A DNA stretch of 64,000 nucleotides from an uncultured Methanosarcinaceae archaeon (GCA_963847185.1 CAWJYV010000007.1:1-64000); one strand, 5' to 3'; shown: positions 13,930 to 25,414, counted from the first letter of the stretch. The notes: a model not told the origin generated them from the sequence alone. Translations and numbers: made by a program.

Positions 13930-15300
13930 TCACAACCCCAATTTTCCCGGATTCAGTATGCCTTTCGGGTCAAGAGCCTTTTTGATCGCACGCATTACCT
14001 CAAAGGCAGGGCCCCACTGAGTTTTCATATATTCAGCCCTGGCTGCACCTATACCATGCTCTGAACTGACCGTGCCCCCAAGTTCAATTGCTGTCCTGTG
14101 AACCATGTCCGCAACCTTGTTAAGTCGATCCCAATCATCTTTATTCAAAACGTCAATGAAAAGGGCAAGGTGCAGGTTTCCGTCCCCTATGTGCCCGTAT
14201 TTCATAGCAGGTAGATTGAATTCTTCAGAAATTTCCTGTGCTCTTTTTAACAGTTCAGGGATCTTTTTTATGGGAACTCCAACGTCTTCCCCGACATAAA
14301 TACGGGTCTTTGTAGGGTCAAGACGGGAGATAGCAGCCCCAACAAGCTTTCTGGCTGCCCAGATATCTGCCATTTCCTTTTCACTTTCCGCAAGCTTTAT
14401 GGAAAGGGCCAGAGGAGAACAGACCTTTATAATCTGCTCTGCAGCTTCACGCGCAGAATTTTCAGTCCCATCCACCTCAAAAAGAATTACATCTCCCTCC
14501 GCAGGAAGCACAAGCTTGGGATCATAGCGTTTGAGAACCTGCAGAGAAACTCTGTCCAGAATCTCACAAGCTGAAGGAATAACCCCGTTTGAGAAAGTCT
14601 TTACAACCGCCTGCCCTGCAATTTCTGCGTTTTCAAAGGATGTGATAACAAGTTTGCGGGTTTTCGGAAGAGGGGCAATTTTCAGACTGGCTTTGGTAAC
14701 TATTCCTAGAGTGCCCTCAGAACCTATCATAAGCTGGGTCAGATCGTAGCCTGCAGCTGATTTCAACATTTTTGAGCCTGTGTGGATAATGGTTCCGTCA
14801 GCAAGCACTATTTCAAGATCGCGAACATAATTTCTGGTGGTGCCGTATTTAACACATCGCATACCACTTGCATTGTAAGCTATCATGCCTCCGATGGTGC
14901 ACATTGCAGAACTGCCGGGATTGGGAGGAAAGAAAAAGCCATACGGTTTTAGTGCTTCATTAAGAGCATCCTGAATAATTCCAGGTTCCACCACTACCTG
15001 GATGTTGTCAATATCGATTTCAAGGATATGGTTCATACTAGACATATCCAGCACTATGCCTCCTCTGACAGGTACAGCTCCACCTGCAAGTCCGGTGCCT
15101 GCTCCCCTTGCAGTCACAGGGATATTGTTCTCATAGGCAAGCCTGACAATCTGGCTTACTTCGTCTGTGCTTTTCGGGCGTACTACATAATCAGGCATTC
15201 CCTTAACCTGGGATGCATCAGAAGAATAACAATAAAGTTCCGAAGGCGAGACTGAGAGTCGTCTACCGACGATGTTTCGAAGTTCTGTAATTATATCCAT
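13930..15300 (-). CDS. FAD-linked oxidoreductase (GlcD / D-lactate dehydrogenase family)
   Basis: RGAGTGLAGG, GSEGTLG, GHIGDGNLH, SEHGIG and LNPGK motifs; ATG 15300 preferred over TTG 15324. Confidence 0.9.
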   Translation of the reverse strand: MDIITELRNIVGRRLSVSPSELYCYSSDASQVKGMPDYVVRPKSTDEVSQIVRLAYENNIPVTARGAGTGLAGGAVPVRGGIVLDMSSMNHILEIDIDNIQVVVEPGIIQDALNEALKPYGFFFPPNPGSSAMCTIGGMIAYNASGMRCVKYGTTRNYVRDLEIVLADGTIIHTGSKMLKSAAGYDLTQLMIGSEGTLGIVTKASLKIAPLPKTRKLVITSFENAEIAGQAVVKTFSNGVIPSACEILDRVSLQVLKRYDPKLVLPAEGDVILFEVDGTENSAREAAEQIIKVCSPLALSIKLAESEKEMADIWAARKLVGAAISRLDPTKTRIYVGEDVGVPIKKIPELLKRAQEISEEFNLPAMKYGHIGDGNLHLALFIDVLNKDDWDRLNKVADMVHRTAIELGGTVSSEHGIGAARAEYMKTQWGPAFEVMRAIKKALDPKGILNPGKLGL

Positions 15301-15573
15301 TCTAGACCTCAAATTGGAATTCAAATGTGAAAAATAGAACCTCTGTCATAACTTAAGACAGAGAAATGAGAGATAAGTTTGTAGACATAATCCTTATTAA
15401 TAATATATAAATATACCATCCTTCTTCCTCCTGAAAAGCTATTCAAGAAAAAAACATAACTAAGAGAACTATTCAGATTCAAAGAACGCGGATATTAAGG
15501 AAAATAGTAGGAAGAAACTCTCAAAGAGGAGCAGGACAAACCTTTACATTCTGGTAAACATAAGAGGACAAAT

Positions 15574-17448
15574 ATGACACAGTACTTTGAGGTAGAACAG
15601 AGAGATGGAGCAGCAAGAATTGGAAAACTCCTGCTTTCTCCGGAAATTCGTACACCCTGCATTTTGAGTACAGCAGAGCTTGGAAACCTTGAAAGCCCTG
15701 GCCCTGTTGTCGATGCAGGTAGCTTATGGGGTGTAGGGTTCCAGACAGAGTTTGAAGCGCGCTTAAAAGAGATTCGGGAAAAAACTGGAAAAGGGACTCT
15801 TATAATCCTGCCACATCAGGCTTATCCTCCTTCTATCTCAGCTGATTCAAGAGAGAGAAAAAACACATTCATCGTCAGCGATGATGAAAAAGTTGAAGGT
15901 CCTACAGGCTCCCTTCTCAGATTAGAAGGGGAAGTTCTGGAGAGCGATCTTTATGTGATGGAGGGAGCAGGAACCCTGGAAAACAACTCCAGGAAATTTA
16001 TTGAAACTCTTTTTGAGTTAAAGAACCGTATCCCACCAGACACAGCTTTGTACGCCCCAAACTTGGCGCGTCCTGAAAATGTGGCAATGCTGGCCTATTT
16101 CGGAGTCGATGTTGTGGACGATACAAGGGCAGAAATTGCAGCTTATTCGGATATTTACCTGACAGCTGCAGGTAGTTTCTATCTAGACTCCCTGACAGAG
16201 TTTCCCTGCAGGTGTGGGGTATGTGCTTCTGCCAGGCCCGCAGAAGTGCGAAATCTCTCGAAAATTGAGAGGGCAAAACTCCTTAGCTCTCATAACAGGG
16301 ATGCTCTTGAAGCAGAACTTTCCCTTGTCCGGGAAAGGATCAGAGCAGGAAATTTGAGAGAATACGTTGAAGGCCAGTGCAGGGTCAAGCCCTGGCTTAC
16401 GGCCCTGCTTCGCCTCGGAGATTTCGAATATTCTTACCTTGAGGAAAAAGTTCCTGCTTTCCGGCAAAACCAGCTCCTTGCAGATACTTCCGAAGCGCTA
16501 TCTCGAATTGAAGTAGTAAGATTTGCACAGCGTATACAGGAGAGATACACACCTCCCGATCTTGATATTCTTCTGCTTCTCCCATGTGCGGCAAGAAAAC
16601 CCTATTCGACTTCCCAATCTCACCAGAAATTCATTCTGACGCTTGGAAAATATCGGAAATTTGTCCATGAAGTTATCCTGACTTCCCCCCTTGGAATAGT
16701 GCCCAGAGAACTGGAACTGACATATCCTGCGGCTCATTATGACACCGCGGTTACAGGACACTGGGATGAGGAAGAAAAATCCTGGGTTTCCGGCTGCCTT
16801 GAGGCCTATCTTTCAAAATACAAATACAAAGCAGTAGTTGCCCATGTAGAAGGAGCATACAGGGAAATCTGCGAAAAAGTAGCCAGCAAACTGGGAATTG
16901 AAATTATCTACACTGCTAGAGAAAGCCTTGTGTCTCTGGAAGCTCTTTCAAATCTCAAAAACGTTGTCGAATCCCTTTGCACAGCCGAAGATTTCAGAAA
17001 GAAGAGTGTGAATGCGGAAGAGGATAAAAAGAATTTCCTTAGGGCAATTGCAGCTTATCAGTTCGGAGAAATTTCCAGACCTCTTTTTTCCGCGGAAGCG
17101 GGAAATCTTACAGTCAAAGGCCGTTTCCCTAAGTATCAGCTCTTTGTCGGGAAAAAACAGCTTGCAACTCTGGTCCCGCAGTACGGAACGCTTGCTCTTT
17201 CGCTTGAGGGGGCAGAACTTATGTTAGAAAGTGGGAAATATATAGTAAAAATTGATGATTTTGTCCCACGAGGTTCTATTCTTGCCCCAGGAGTGTTGCA
17301 GGCAGATCCGCAGATAAGGCAGAATGATGAAGTAATTGTTCTTGGAGAGAGAGCCCTGTGTGTAGGCCGAGCTGTAATGAGTGGTAGCGAAATGGTGAAG
17401 TCCAGCAGAGGAGTTGCGGTGGACACCAGGCACGTTAAGAAACTTTAA
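15574..17448 (+). CDS. arcS: archaeosine synthase subunit alpha (ArcS/TgtA2)
   Basis: TGT-like N-terminus with CRCGVC zinc site, LLPCAARKPYS.SQSH and TSPLGIVPRELE motifs, C-terminal PUA domain. Confidence 0.9.
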   Translation: MTQYFEVEQRDGAARIGKLLLSPEIRTPCILSTAELGNLESPGPVVDAGSLWGVGFQTEFEARLKEIREKTGKGTLIILPHQAYPPSISADSRERKNTFIVSDDEKVEGPTGSLLRLEGEVLESDLYVMEGAGTLENNSRKFIETLFELKNRIPPDTALYAPNLARPENVAMLAYFGVDVVDDTRAEIAAYSDIYLTAAGSFYLDSLTEFPCRCGVCASARPAEVRNLSKIERAKLLSSHNRDALEAELSLVRERIRAGNLREYVEGQCRVKPWLTALLRLGDFEYSYLEEKVPAFRQNQLLADTSEALSRIEVVRFAQRIQERYTPPDLDILLLLPCAARKPYSTSQSHQKFILTLGKYRKFVHEVILTSPLGIVPRELELTYPAAHYDTAVTGHWDEEEKSWVSGCLEAYLSKYKYKAVVAHVEGAYREICEKVASKLGIEIIYTARESLVSLEALSNLKNVVESLCTAEDFRKKSVNAEEDKKNFLRAIAAYQFGEISRPLFSAEAGNLTVKGRFPKYQLFVGKKQLATLVPQYGTLALSLEGAELMLESGKYIVKIDDFVPRGSILAPGVLQADPQIRQNDEVIVLGERALCVGRAVMSGSEMVKSSRGVAVDTRHVKKL

Positions 17449-17549
17449 GCCTGGGCACTGATAAATAAAAAATGTTCATAAAACTCCTGTCGAAGATGCA
17501 TTTCCTTTCGAAGAAATAATAAAATGGCAGGTATAATATAGGAACTATT

Positions 17550-18080
17550 ATGATAAGGCGTTTTTCACCTGAGGACTTCGAGGAAGTAATCGAGATTGAA
17601 AAAGAGGCTTTTTCGGATCATAATTCCATGATGTATATGAATTTTTACGAAATGGTAGGAGACGGTTTCCTTGTTGCGGAAGAGGATGGAAAAGTCGTGG
17701 GGTATATAGTAGGCTACCGTTCTGCAGAAAATGAGGGGCATATTTTTTCCGTCGGTGTCAAAGAAAAATATCGGGGAAAGGGGATAGGCTCAGAATTGAT
17801 CCGTGCAATATGTGACATTTTTGTTGCAAACGGACTTAAATACGCACGGCTTGAAGTAAGAAGCAGTAATTTAGGAGCACAAAAATTATACAGGTCAATA
17901 GGATTTGTACCCTGTTGGACCGAAAAAAAGTATTATTCAGATGGAGAGGACGGTATGATAATGAAGATGCACTTGCATCCATACCGTCTCTTGATCTCAA
18001 AACAAAAATATCTCGAACCTGTATGTTCAGACAACGAATTCCTTACCACATTCAGGGGAACTATCAGTTATTACCCATGA
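17550..18080 (+). CDS. rimI: RimI-like GNAT N-acetyltransferase
   Basis: Acetyl-CoA motif RGKGIG, plus LEVRSSN and YYSDGEDG. Confidence 0.85.
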   Translation: MIRRFSPEDFEEVIEIEKEAFSDHNSMMYMNFYEMVGDGFLVAEEDGKVVGYIVGYRSAENEGHIFSVGVKEKYRGKGIGSELIRAICDIFVANGLKYARLEVRSSNLGAQKLYRSIGFVPCWTEKKYYSDGEDGMIMKMHLHPYRLLISKQKYLEPVCSDNEFLTTFRGTISYYP

Positions 18081-18342
18081 GTTTAAGGGCAGAATTCAGC
18101 GATTCCCTCATCTGAGCTGGAGCTTCTTCAAAGATAGGGTCATCCCTGGACATAAGAGTCGCAAGTTCGCCTCCTAAAATAAAAATTGCGCGCTTGTGAT
18201 CTGCCTTGCTCCGGTGAATGTGTACAGGGCTTATGGATAAAGCCTTGTAGTCATCGAATTCGTGCGTTACCCCGTGCCTTTCAAAGTATCTCTTCATTTG
18301 TGCCATATATGTGTGCAGTTGTATGAGCTCTTCCTTGTGCAT
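18064..18342 (-). CDS. UPF0058 family protein
   Basis: MHKEELIQLH...ISPVHIHRSKADHKRAIF signature; 3' end overlaps rimI by 17 nt. Confidence 0.85.
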   Translation of the reverse strand: MHKEELIQLHTYMAQMKRYFERHGVTHEFDDYKALSISPVHIHRSKADHKRAIFILGGELATLMSRDDPIFEEAPAQMRESLNSALKLMGNN

Positions 18343-18715
18343 AGCGAACAGACCTACAATTTTACAAGATCAATTTAATATTATCTTAAATCGGATAAAA
18401 GAATTGCCCGAGGAAACATGCTTCCTACTTCTTATTAATAAAGTTTTCTAGTTAATGTATATGATAAATAATGAAGAATTATGGGAGAAAGTGTGAAATT
18501 TAACGTTAGAGTGTGAAATCGTGCCAAATCGTAGTGCTTCTACGGATTTTGTGCATAAATGTCACACATAATAATAGCGTAGAGATAAATATCTTTAAAC
18601 AAAAAATAAAGAATAGAAGAATAATAGTTTAGGAAACCAGTTCAGGTAGAAGTAGACCCAGAAGAAATAATGAAATAAAATTAGGTTATAGAAAATAAAA
18701 AGAGGTAAAAACCTC

Positions 18716-20284
18716 TCAGAGCATGCTGGAGGTCAGAACTTCCATGTCAGCAGGTACCTTGGCAATGTTCCCTATTTTTACACCTATGAGATTCCTAATT
18801 GCATTACTTGAAGCAATATCAACAAGCCTTTGTGTAATTACACCGTCAAAAACTACACTATGGATATTGTCTTTATAGGTCTTCAACCTGCTTGCGAGAT
18901 CTCGAACCGCAATTTCTTCTACCACTTTATCCTCAGAGTCCAGAATCCTGGCCGTAAGAGTTCCTTTTAAAGCTTCTGCATGGGGCTTGAACCTGAGAGC
19001 TTCGGGAGAAACGAGAACCTTTTTTACGGGAGCAGGAGATACCCTTACACTTTCCCCACCAGGGACTTTCACAGCTGAAACCTTTTCAGCTGGAGATTTT
19101 CCTCTCGGAACTCTGGCAGAAGGAACCACTCTTGTCGAAACTGGAGGCTTGGCAATGACAGGTCTTGCCTCAACTTTTTCTGCTATTGCAGGACCTCTTT
19201 CAGAGATTCTCTCAAAGGGTTTTTCAAAAACCTGTTCAGAAACTTTTTCAAAGGCCTTTTCAGGAACTTCTTCATCTATTTGTTCTTCTTCCTGAAATTC
19301 CTCTTCATAAGTATCTGGCTTTGTGGAAACCCTGTGTACCTTAACACGCTTGTGCAATTTTTTCTCTGTAATCCTCGGAACAGCTTCAGTTGCCCTTATC
19401 TTTCTCTTGGGAACTCTTTCCAGTCTGGAGGCACCCTCTTCAGCTTCTTTTTCCTGAATTCCGTATTTTTCTATAATCTGTTCCACAGGAACTTTCCTGC
19501 GCAGAGATCTGATAATTTCCTTCTGAACAAGATCTTCTACACATTTTCCGTCTGGAGCACGAGCAACATAGTCGATATCCGCAACCTGAAGGAGTTCACG
19601 TATAATGAGTTCGCCTCCACGATCTCCATCAGTGAAAGCGGTTACGGTCTTCTTTTTGGTAAGCTCTGCAACTTCAGGGGGGATATTTGTTCCACCCACG
19701 CAAATGGTATTCTTTATACCGTAGCGGAGCAGATTCAGGATGTCAGCCCTGCCTTCGACAATAACAATTGCGTCTGAGTTAACAACATTAGGCCCACAGG
19801 GAATTCTGGACTTCCCATAATAAGTAAGTTCGTCAACCCTTACAGACTGCCTGACTTCATCTGCCAGTTCCTGTGATTCGGGTACGGTTTCATCAAACAT
19901 TTTGGTGAAAATGATTTTTGCCCTGTCAATGATCTTCTTGCGCTTTACAGCTCTTACGTCTTCTACCTGGAAAACCTCAATTTTGGCGCTGCAGGGTCCC
20001 ACTCTGTCAATGGTCTCAAGGGATGCGGCAAGAATTGATGTCTCAACTTTATCAAGGCTTGAGGGAACAAAGATGTTTCCTTTCGTCTTTCCCCCTTTAG
20101 CAGTAACCATTACCTCGATTCTGCCAATTCTGCCTGTTTTTTGCAGATCACGCAGATCAAGATCAGCTCCGAGTAATCCTTCGGTCTGACCAAAGATTGC
20201 ACCTACGATATCAGGACGTTCAATTACCCCATCAGCATTAATTTTAGAATGAATGATGTACTTTGTAGTATCTGTATTTTGCAT
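18716..20284 (-). CDS. dnaG: archaeal DnaG (TOPRIM protein, exosome-associated)
   Basis: [21 protein letters not shown] and FTDGDRGG motifs; long low-complexity linker; C-terminal FDGVITQRL. Confidence 0.93.
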   Translation of the reverse strand: MQNTDTTKYIIHSKINADGVIERPDIVGAIFGQTEGLLGADLDLRDLQKTGRIGRIEVMVTAKGGKTKGNIFVPSSLDKVETSILAASLETIDRVGPCSAKIEVFQVEDVRAVKRKKIIDRAKIIFTKMFDETVPESQELADEVRQSVRVDELTYYGKSRIPCGPNVVNSDAIVIVEGRADILNLLRYGIKNTICVGGTNIPPEVAELTKKKTVTAFTDGDRGGELIIRELLQVADIDYVARAPDGKCVEDLVQKEIIRSLRRKVPVEQIIEKYGIQEKEAEEGASRLERVPKRKIRATEAVPRITEKKLHKRVKVHRVSTKPDTYEEEFQEEEQIDEEVPEKAFEKVSEQVFEKPFERISERGPAIAEKVEARPVIAKPPVSTRVVPSARVPRGKSPAEKVSAVKVPGGESVRVSPAPVKKVLVSPEALRFKPHAEALKGTLTARILDSEDKVVEEIAVRDLASRLKTYKDNIHSVVFDGVITQRLVDIASSNAIRNLIGVKIGNIAKVPADMEVLTSSML

Positions 20285-21404
20285 GTGACTTCTCCTCTAG
20301 AGATTGTGAATGATTTATCGTGAACAATTTTTTCAAGTTAATTCCCACAAAAATTGTTTAGGTATTCCTGAACAATTATGTGCACTGCTTTTTGGATTTT
20401 TATCCCTTGCAGTTTCTGATACAAATTTATCTATGCCCTGAAAACTCGTAAAGTCCACTAATGCAAAAATAGTAAAAATCAGATTCCAGACCAGATCAGG
20501 GATAGTACACCCTTAAAGAGGCAGATTTAAGTATTAAAGGAAGTTACACCGGAAAAAGAATTCCGACTCTGCCTATGAATTTCTACCATCAATTTCATTT
20601 ATTCTTATGCAGGAGATTTAATCCGGCAAAATGACATTATTTGATGGAAACTCTCACCTTATGAAAGCCAGGTAAAATGCCAAGTCTTTTACTAACTTAG
20701 CTTAAAGCTCTCTAAATAGAGATGCCTCAGACTTTAGAGCCGGGCAGACAATAATACTTAAAGTGTCCCTGAGACTTTCTACACCTGCCTTAAAGTCCTC
20801 GCCCTAAATAGGTTATTGGCCTTGAGATTAATCTTTAAGCCAGAAGCCAAAATTAGTGTATATCACTTTGAGCCTGATAACTTGAGTTTTCCATAAATAA
20901 CCCTGGAAAGAGGGTATCCGGCGTGGTCATCCTATGGTGCCAAACGCCTTACCTGTAAGTAATAAACTTGTAATGATAAGTGGTAAAGCAGTAAGTGAAA
21001 GTTTATCAGGTTTGTTGACAGCACTTTTTGACTTTTACTTCATGGGTGATAATAAATAAATTTAATTTTGTATTGAACTATTTTAGCCCTGAATTGGTGT
21101 ATTAAATCTTAATTTTTTATTATATTTGCATGTGAATTAATTACATTTGGATATCTTTACGAATTTAGCAGTGATGAATGATGAAGTTGTTAATTTTGAT
21201 GACATGACATCACAGTTCCCACATGCCTTAACGACGTTTAGCAAAACGGGTACCCTGTACGTCATATATTTTAAATTCATATGTTAAACACCGTCAGGAT
21301 TTAAGAACTTTGTGGTTATTTAAAAAGTCCCATTGAGTTCAAATTGTTTTTTTCGTGCCAGATAACCTTGAAAATAATTAATATTCAGAATAATTTTAGA
21401 TGAT

Positions 21405-22487
21405 TTGAAATGCTCTCTCAATCCAATACCTTGAACTCTGCATTTTTGCAAGTTTTATCGAATAGATGTATCTTCAGAGGCGTTACATAGTGAATATTTA
21501 ATTTCATTTGATTCTGAATCTTTACTTATAAGAAGCCATACCGGCTTCTCACAAGGTAATTTATTCTGACGTCTCCAAACTTTTATAGCCTTAAAATAGA
21601 CTTTTTTATACCCTCTTTCCGTTTTTCTAACATTGATAAGTTCCCATCCCTCAACTGAATTGGAAAGAGAATCTACTCTTGTTGATAATGTATTCAAAAC
21701 CTTGGGGATAGTGGGTTTTCTTCCTCTTATTCCCTTTTTCGCAGGTATCTCAGCTAACTGGTTCCTCAATATAAACAAGAGTATCGACAGCTATGTCTGC
21801 AACAAAAGTTAAACCTCTAATTTCAAGTTCTGTCAACAACTCCGGATTTTCACCGTAGAATCCATCCATTGTAACATAGGAAAAAGGAATACCTTCTTCT
21901 ATTGCATTATCAATCATTTCAAGACCAAGCTCATGCTTGGTTCGGAATTTAATCTCTTCAAGAGGAACTTTAGCCTTTAAACAACGTACCTTATCATCAA
22001 TCCATTTTTGTGGGAGATATAATCTCTCATCAATCAACATTCTTCTCTTCTTTTTAAAATAAGCAAGGAATACACCAACCTGACAATTGTCCTTTTTTCC
22101 AAGGTTGCCACAATACTGATGAGAAACTCCAACAGAACTATTTCCAGATTTTTTTACGCTTGATTCGTCAAGTATAAGAACACCATTTTTGCCTATAGTT
22201 TGAATGGCTTTTGTTCGAACAGATTTGAGGAGATCTGCAGAAAGCCAAGGAGAAGTTGAGAGGAAATGGCTGAGTGATTGGTTGTTAGAGCATTTACAAC
22301 AATAAATTGCCATTTTTCTCAAATTTTTCCGATATGGAAGAAGCATCAAACCATTAAGGTAATCAATACACGTTGAAGCGACACAACGAGTTTTAGTTTG
22401 AAAATAGAATTCAAGATTCGTTTCAGAAATGTATTTTTCTACAGAGATAGTGTTTGACTTGATAAAGTCACTTGTTATTTGTTTCAC
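21405..22487 (-). pseudogene. IS701-family DDE transposase, frameshifted twice and 3'-truncated
   Basis: LILDESSVKKSGNSSVGVSHQYCGNLGKKDNCQVGV and MDGFYG motifs; frameshifts at about 21755 and 21457. Confidence 0.88.
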
Positions 22488-22560
22488 GATCTCAAATATA
22501 TAGGAATAAAATTATACTTCACGGTAGACGTGAAAAGGAAATGTGACAAAGTCAAGTTAG
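21405..22560 (-). mobile_element. truncated IS701-family insertion sequence
   Basis: Probable left end CTAACTTGACTTTGTCACATTT (22560-22539); transposase homology stops after WIERAFQ at about 21405; no matching right end seen. Confidence 0.8.
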
Positions 22561-22885
22561 ATAATAAAAAAAATAATAAGCTAGAAAAATTTAGAAAAGT
22601 ATATATAAAACGAAAGACTTGTAAAAAGTTGAACGAGCGGGTCATATATACTTTTTTGTATTAACCCCCCCACTCCCAAACCCGCTCGTTCAGACCCCCT
22701 TAACTCAATCAACCCTTAATTCATTAGTTTAAACTCTCAACTTAGTTATTCAAATCATTTAACATATCATCAACGATGCCTCTGTTTTCAGGAAGTTCTC
22801 GATTAAGAGCTGATAGCTTTCCTGCCTTTAAAAATCTATAATAGGTGTGAAAGATCATTACTAAAGTATAGGAAGCGATTTCAGT

Positions 22886-24343
22886 ATGCAAGATCAAGAT
22901 CCTGTAAATAGAGAAATCCAGAAAGCAGCTGGAATTAAGAAAAAATCTCCAGAGAAGATTTCCACACAAAACCCTGCAAAAAAAAGCCCTGAAAGAGTGA
23001 TCATTATTGGAGGAGGAGCCTGTGGAATGGCGGCTGCTACCAAGATTAGAAGACAGAGCAACTTTGAGATAACCGTATTTTCAAGAGACTCACATACTGC
23101 TTATAGCCACTGCGGAATACCATTTGTTCTGAGCAGGGAAATTGATAATTTTGAAAAACTTGTAGTAAAACCCCCGGACTTTTTTAGAAAACACGGAATA
23201 GATGTCAGGTTAAATGAAAGTGTCCTATCAATAGCTCTTGATTCAAATACTGTTAGAACAGGAAAGGGGATTTATCCTTTTGACAAACTTGTGATTGCTA
23301 CCGGGAGCCTTCCGTTTGTACCACAAACGAGCTGTGTAAACATTCTCCCTTATGGAATCTTTACACTAAGGAGTCTTACTGACGGCATGCTTCTTGAAAA
23401 AGCCCTGGAAACTGCCGAAAAAGCCTGTATCGTAGGTGGAGGGACAATAGGGATCGAATGTGCTGTGGCACTTGCAAAAAGGGGAATTAAAACCGTCCTT
23501 ATAAACAGAAGCAAAAGCTTGCTTTCAAAACAGCTTGATTTTGATATTTCTGAAATTATAAGAGAACACCTGGAAACTCATGGTGTCGAAGTAATTTCCG
23601 GAGAACCTGTGATTTTTCCCGGAAAATTCTGGAAAGAAAAAACTCTGAAGGTAGGAAACAGGCAGCTTTCTGCAGACCTTGTACTGCTGGCAAGTGGGAT
23701 AAGACCTGAAATATCTCTTTCCCTTGAGGCCGGAATTGAGATAGGAAAAGCCGGAGGAATAGCTGTAAACGAAAAGCTCCAGGTAAAATCAGGAGAAAAA
23801 TTTCTTACCCATGTATACGCAGGTGGAGAATGCGCGGAAGTAACTGACCTTATAACAGGAGAAAACAGACTCAGTCAACTGGGTACAACAGCCCGACATA
23901 TGGCTGATGTAATCGCCAACAATATCACGGACAAACAGACTACCTTTGGGCCCCTTGTAAATCCCTGGATAGCTGTGGCAGGAGATTTACAGTTCGGTGG
24001 AGTGGGAATTACCTCGAGAGAAGCTGAAATTCACGGAATGAAATTGATTACAGGATTTTCCCGCGGGCGCACAAGAGCTTCTTATTACCCTGGGAGAAAA
24101 GACCTGTACATCAAACTCCTGTTCAAAAATGATTTCCTTGTGGGCGCGCAACTTGCAGGCGGAGAGGGAATAAAAGAAAGAATAGACACTCTCTCCCTTG
24201 CAATAAGAAAAAAAGCCACAATAAGAGATCTTCTTGACATGGAAACCTGCTACGCTCCTCCTGTTTCCATGCTTGTTGATCCTCTCAAGCCTGCGGTAAA
24301 AGATGCAGCTCGAAATATAATGAAAGACAATAAAAACAAGTAA
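22886..24343 (+). CDS. FAD-dependent pyridine nucleotide-disulfide oxidoreductase (NADH oxidase/CoA-disulfide reductase-like)
   Basis: GGGACG FAD motif, redox Cys in AYSHCGIP, ATGS, GGGTIG NAD motif, CYAPP. Confidence 0.88.
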   Translation: MQDQDPVNREIQKAAGIKKKSPEKISTQNPAKKSPERVIIIGGGACGMAAATKIRRQSNFEITVFSRDSHTAYSHCGIPFVLSREIDNFEKLVVKPPDFFRKHGIDVRLNESVLSIALDSNTVRTGKGIYPFDKLVIATGSLPFVPQTSCVNILPYGIFTLRSLTDGMLLEKALETAEKACIVGGGTIGIECAVALAKRGIKTVLINRSKSLLSKQLDFDISEIIREHLETHGVEVISGEPVIFPGKFWKEKTLKVGNRQLSADLVLLASGIRPEISLSLEAGIEIGKAGGIAVNEKLQVKSGEKFLTHVYAGGECAEVTDLITGENRLSQLGTTARHMADVIANNITDKQTTFGPLVNPWIAVAGDLQFGGVGITSREAEIHGMKLITGFSRGRTRASYYPGRKDLYIKLLFKNDFLVGAQLAGGEGIKERIDTLSLAIRKKATIRDLLDMETCYAPPVSMLVDPLKPAVKDAARNIMKDNKNK

Positions 24344-24362
24344 AGAGAAATTAAGATTAAGC

Positions 24363-25370
24363 GTGGGGAAGAAAATGTTAGAAATTGACGGGTCTTATGG
24401 GGAAGGAGGAGGACAGTTAGTCAGGACTGCTGTTGCTCTCTCTGCAGTTACGGGCAAAGAGATTAAGGTAAGAAATATACGAAAAAACCGCCAAAATCCA
24501 GGCCTGAAACAACAGCATTTAAAAGCTCTGGAGACTGCAGCCAGGATCTGTGACGCCAGGGTTTCGGGACTCTTCCCAGGATCAACAGAACTTTCATTCT
24601 CTCCAATGGAAATAAAGGGTGGAAAGTATGAAATTGATATAGGAACCGCAGGAAGTATAACTTTGCTTCTCCAGTGTCTTATGCCAGCTATTCCCTTTGC
24701 AAAAGAAAAGGTAGAGATTAACGTAAAAGGTGGAACTGATGTTGCCTGGGCTCCAACAGCGGACTATCTTCACCAGGTGACTTTCAGAGCCCTTGAAAGA
24801 TTGGGTTACGCAGGAAAAATAATCCTGAGAGAGCATGGCTACTATCCTAAAGGGGGAGGAAAAGTCTCAGCTTTTTTTGAGCCATGCAGGCTTCAGGGAT
24901 TTCATTTTTTAAAAGAAGAGAAAGAAGTCAAAGGAATTTCGCATGCTTCGAACCTCCCGGCTCATGTACCTCTGCGCCAAGCAGAAGCTGCAAGAGACAG
25001 GCTTCTGGAAACCGGATACCTCTCCAGGATAGAAACTCAATCCTTTGAAGCTTTTTCTACTGGAAGTGGGATAACTCTCTGGGCAGGCTTCTTAGGAGAG
25101 AGTGCCCTTGGAAAAAAAGGGCTTCCTGCAGAAAAAGTAGGAAAAAGTGCTGCAGAAGAAATGATTCTTGAATTGAGAGCAGGGTGTTCTGTTGATGTGC
25201 ATCTGGCAGACCAGCTGATCCCTTATATGGCTCTTGCAGGAAACAGTTCTTATACTGTTAGAGAAATTTCTTCCCATACTGCAACAAATATCTGGGTCAC
25301 TGAACAGTTTCTGGATGTAAAATTCAGAATAGAGGAAAAAAAAGGTTTTTTTGAGGTATCCGTGGACTGA
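24363..25370 (+). CDS. rtcA: RNA 3'-terminal phosphate cyclase
   Basis: DGSYGEGGGQ, GGTDV, YYPKGGG and HLADQL motifs, and active-site His in SHTATN. Confidence 0.95.
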   Translation: MGKKMLEIDGSYGEGGGQLVRTAVALSAVTGKEIKVRNIRKNRQNPGLKQQHLKALETAARICDARVSGLFPGSTELSFSPMEIKGGKYEIDIGTAGSITLLLQCLMPAIPFAKEKVEINVKGGTDVAWAPTADYLHQVTFRALERLGYAGKIILREHGYYPKGGGKVSAFFEPCRLQGFHFLKEEKEVKGISHASNLPAHVPLRQAEAARDRLLETGYLSRIETQSFEAFSTGSGITLWAGFLGESALGKKGLPAEKVGKSAAEEMILELRAGCSVDVHLADQLIPYMALAGNSSYTVREISSHTATNIWVTEQFLDVKFRIEEKKGFFEVSVD

Positions 25371-25414
25371 AAAAGAAAGGAAAATACTGAAAAACTACAG
25401 GATAACCTTGAAAG

